Of a stretch of 25,494 bases of DNA, positions 24,910 to 25,494 are shown piece by piece. The position numbers were made by a program, and so were the translations under genes. The DNA comes from a virus (taxonomy: Duplodnaviria; Caudoviricetes), in the IMG/VR virus record IMGVR_UViG_3300017753_001625, positions 1-25,494 of that record. One strand, given 5' to 3'. The notes beneath the pieces were generated by a model. The model saw only the letters and a list, made by a program, of their open reading frames with translations. It was not told the DNA's origin and did no database searches. The stretch's first letter is position 1. Every line of letters starts with the position of its first letter.

Positions 24910-25494
24910 AGATTGGAAAGATAGTAAAGGGTTTCCTTATTATTCTGAAGATAAGAAATGGCGTGATAAAGAATATTCGTCATTATCAGAATTTAAAAGA
25001 GAAAATCTTTGGGATAGAACTCATAATATTATAGGTCAATCAACACACGGATTATCACTTGCATGGTCTTATATGAAACACGCTTGGGGAATAAAGTGTG
25101 GTAAGATGAAGACACCTATTGAGATATGGGAAGATGAAGAACATTTAGAAAAAGGTATTAATAAGATACTTACAGGTACTTTCTTTCAACAAAAAGACGC
25201 ACACGAAATTACACCTTCAGATATGAGATCAATGTTGAGACGATATTCAGGTACTCAAATGGTCTCTAATTTTAGACCTACAGCAGCCGCAACTTTATAT
25301 GACATATTCGTAGAAAAAGGTTCTGTACTATTTGATGAACAACCAGGTACTGTATGGGATCCTAGTATGGGTTATGGAGGTCGTTTATTAGGTGCAATTG
25401 CAGCTGGTGTCAATTACATAGGCACAGACCCATGTGTTCCTACATACACAGGTTTAGAAAAGATTAGAGATGAATACGGTCACAAAGATAGAAA
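24884..25494 (+). CDS. SAM-dependent DNA methyltransferase (probably amino-MTase), 3'-truncated; absent from the ORF track
   Basis: Manual translation MSNAKTVVRDWKDSKGFPYY...QMVSNFRPTAAATLY...VWDPSMGYGGRLLGAIAAGVNYIGTDP... is open to the window end and carries a DPxxGxG motif I. The catalytic motif IV is not within the window. Confidence 0.8.
   Translation, partial: MSNAKTVVRDWKDSKGFPYYSEDKKWRDKEYSSLSEFKRENLWDRTHNIIGQSTHGLSLAWSYMKHAWGIKCGKMKTPIEIWEDEEHLEKGINKILTGTFFQQKDAHEITPSDMRSMLRRYSGTQMVSNFRPTAAATLYDIFVEKGSVLFDEQPGTVWDPSMGYGGRLLGAIAAGVNYIGTDPCVPTYTGLEKIRDEYGHKDR

Noticed and set aside
1-25494. Avoidance of GATC, GANTC, CCGG, GGCC or GCGC; introns/inteins; stop-codon reassignment; tRNAs
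   Set aside because: These motifs all occur repeatedly by eye. Core genes are uninterrupted and of normal length under the standard code, and no intergenic gap shows a tRNA cloverleaf.

Overview
AT-rich, gene-dense segment of a T4-like myophage genome, with all credible genes on the + strand. The gene content (deformylase, GroES, many 2OG-Fe(II) oxygenases) resembles marine T4-like phages such as pelagi- or cyano-myophages, but the host is an inference. The core order is gp19(partial)-gp20-gp67-like-gp21-gp22-gp23-gp3-uvsY-uvsW-gp55-gp47-gp46. Interleaved into it, and mostly translationally coupled, are tailoring enzymes: a NodU/TobZ-type carbamoyltransferase, seven 2OG-Fe(II) oxygenase-like proteins, two tandem flavin-dependent halogenase-like proteins, a GNAT and a truncated SAM-dependent DNA methyltransferase. 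Signals the annotation does not explain: (1) near-total, both-strand avoidance of GATGC/GCATC with synonymous replacement by GACGC/GCGTC (30 of 31 Asp-Ala pairs use GAC; the three surviving sites are all GGATGC); (2) a perfect sigma70 promoter firing antisense towards uvsW; (3) five promoters placed so that +1 falls on the ATG (leaderless mRNAs, including gp55); (4) a perfect sigma70 promoter inside gp47; (5) a triplicated unknown protein family in the prohead operon. All counts were made by eye and need computational confirmation. No tRNA, CRISPR, intron or IS element was seen.
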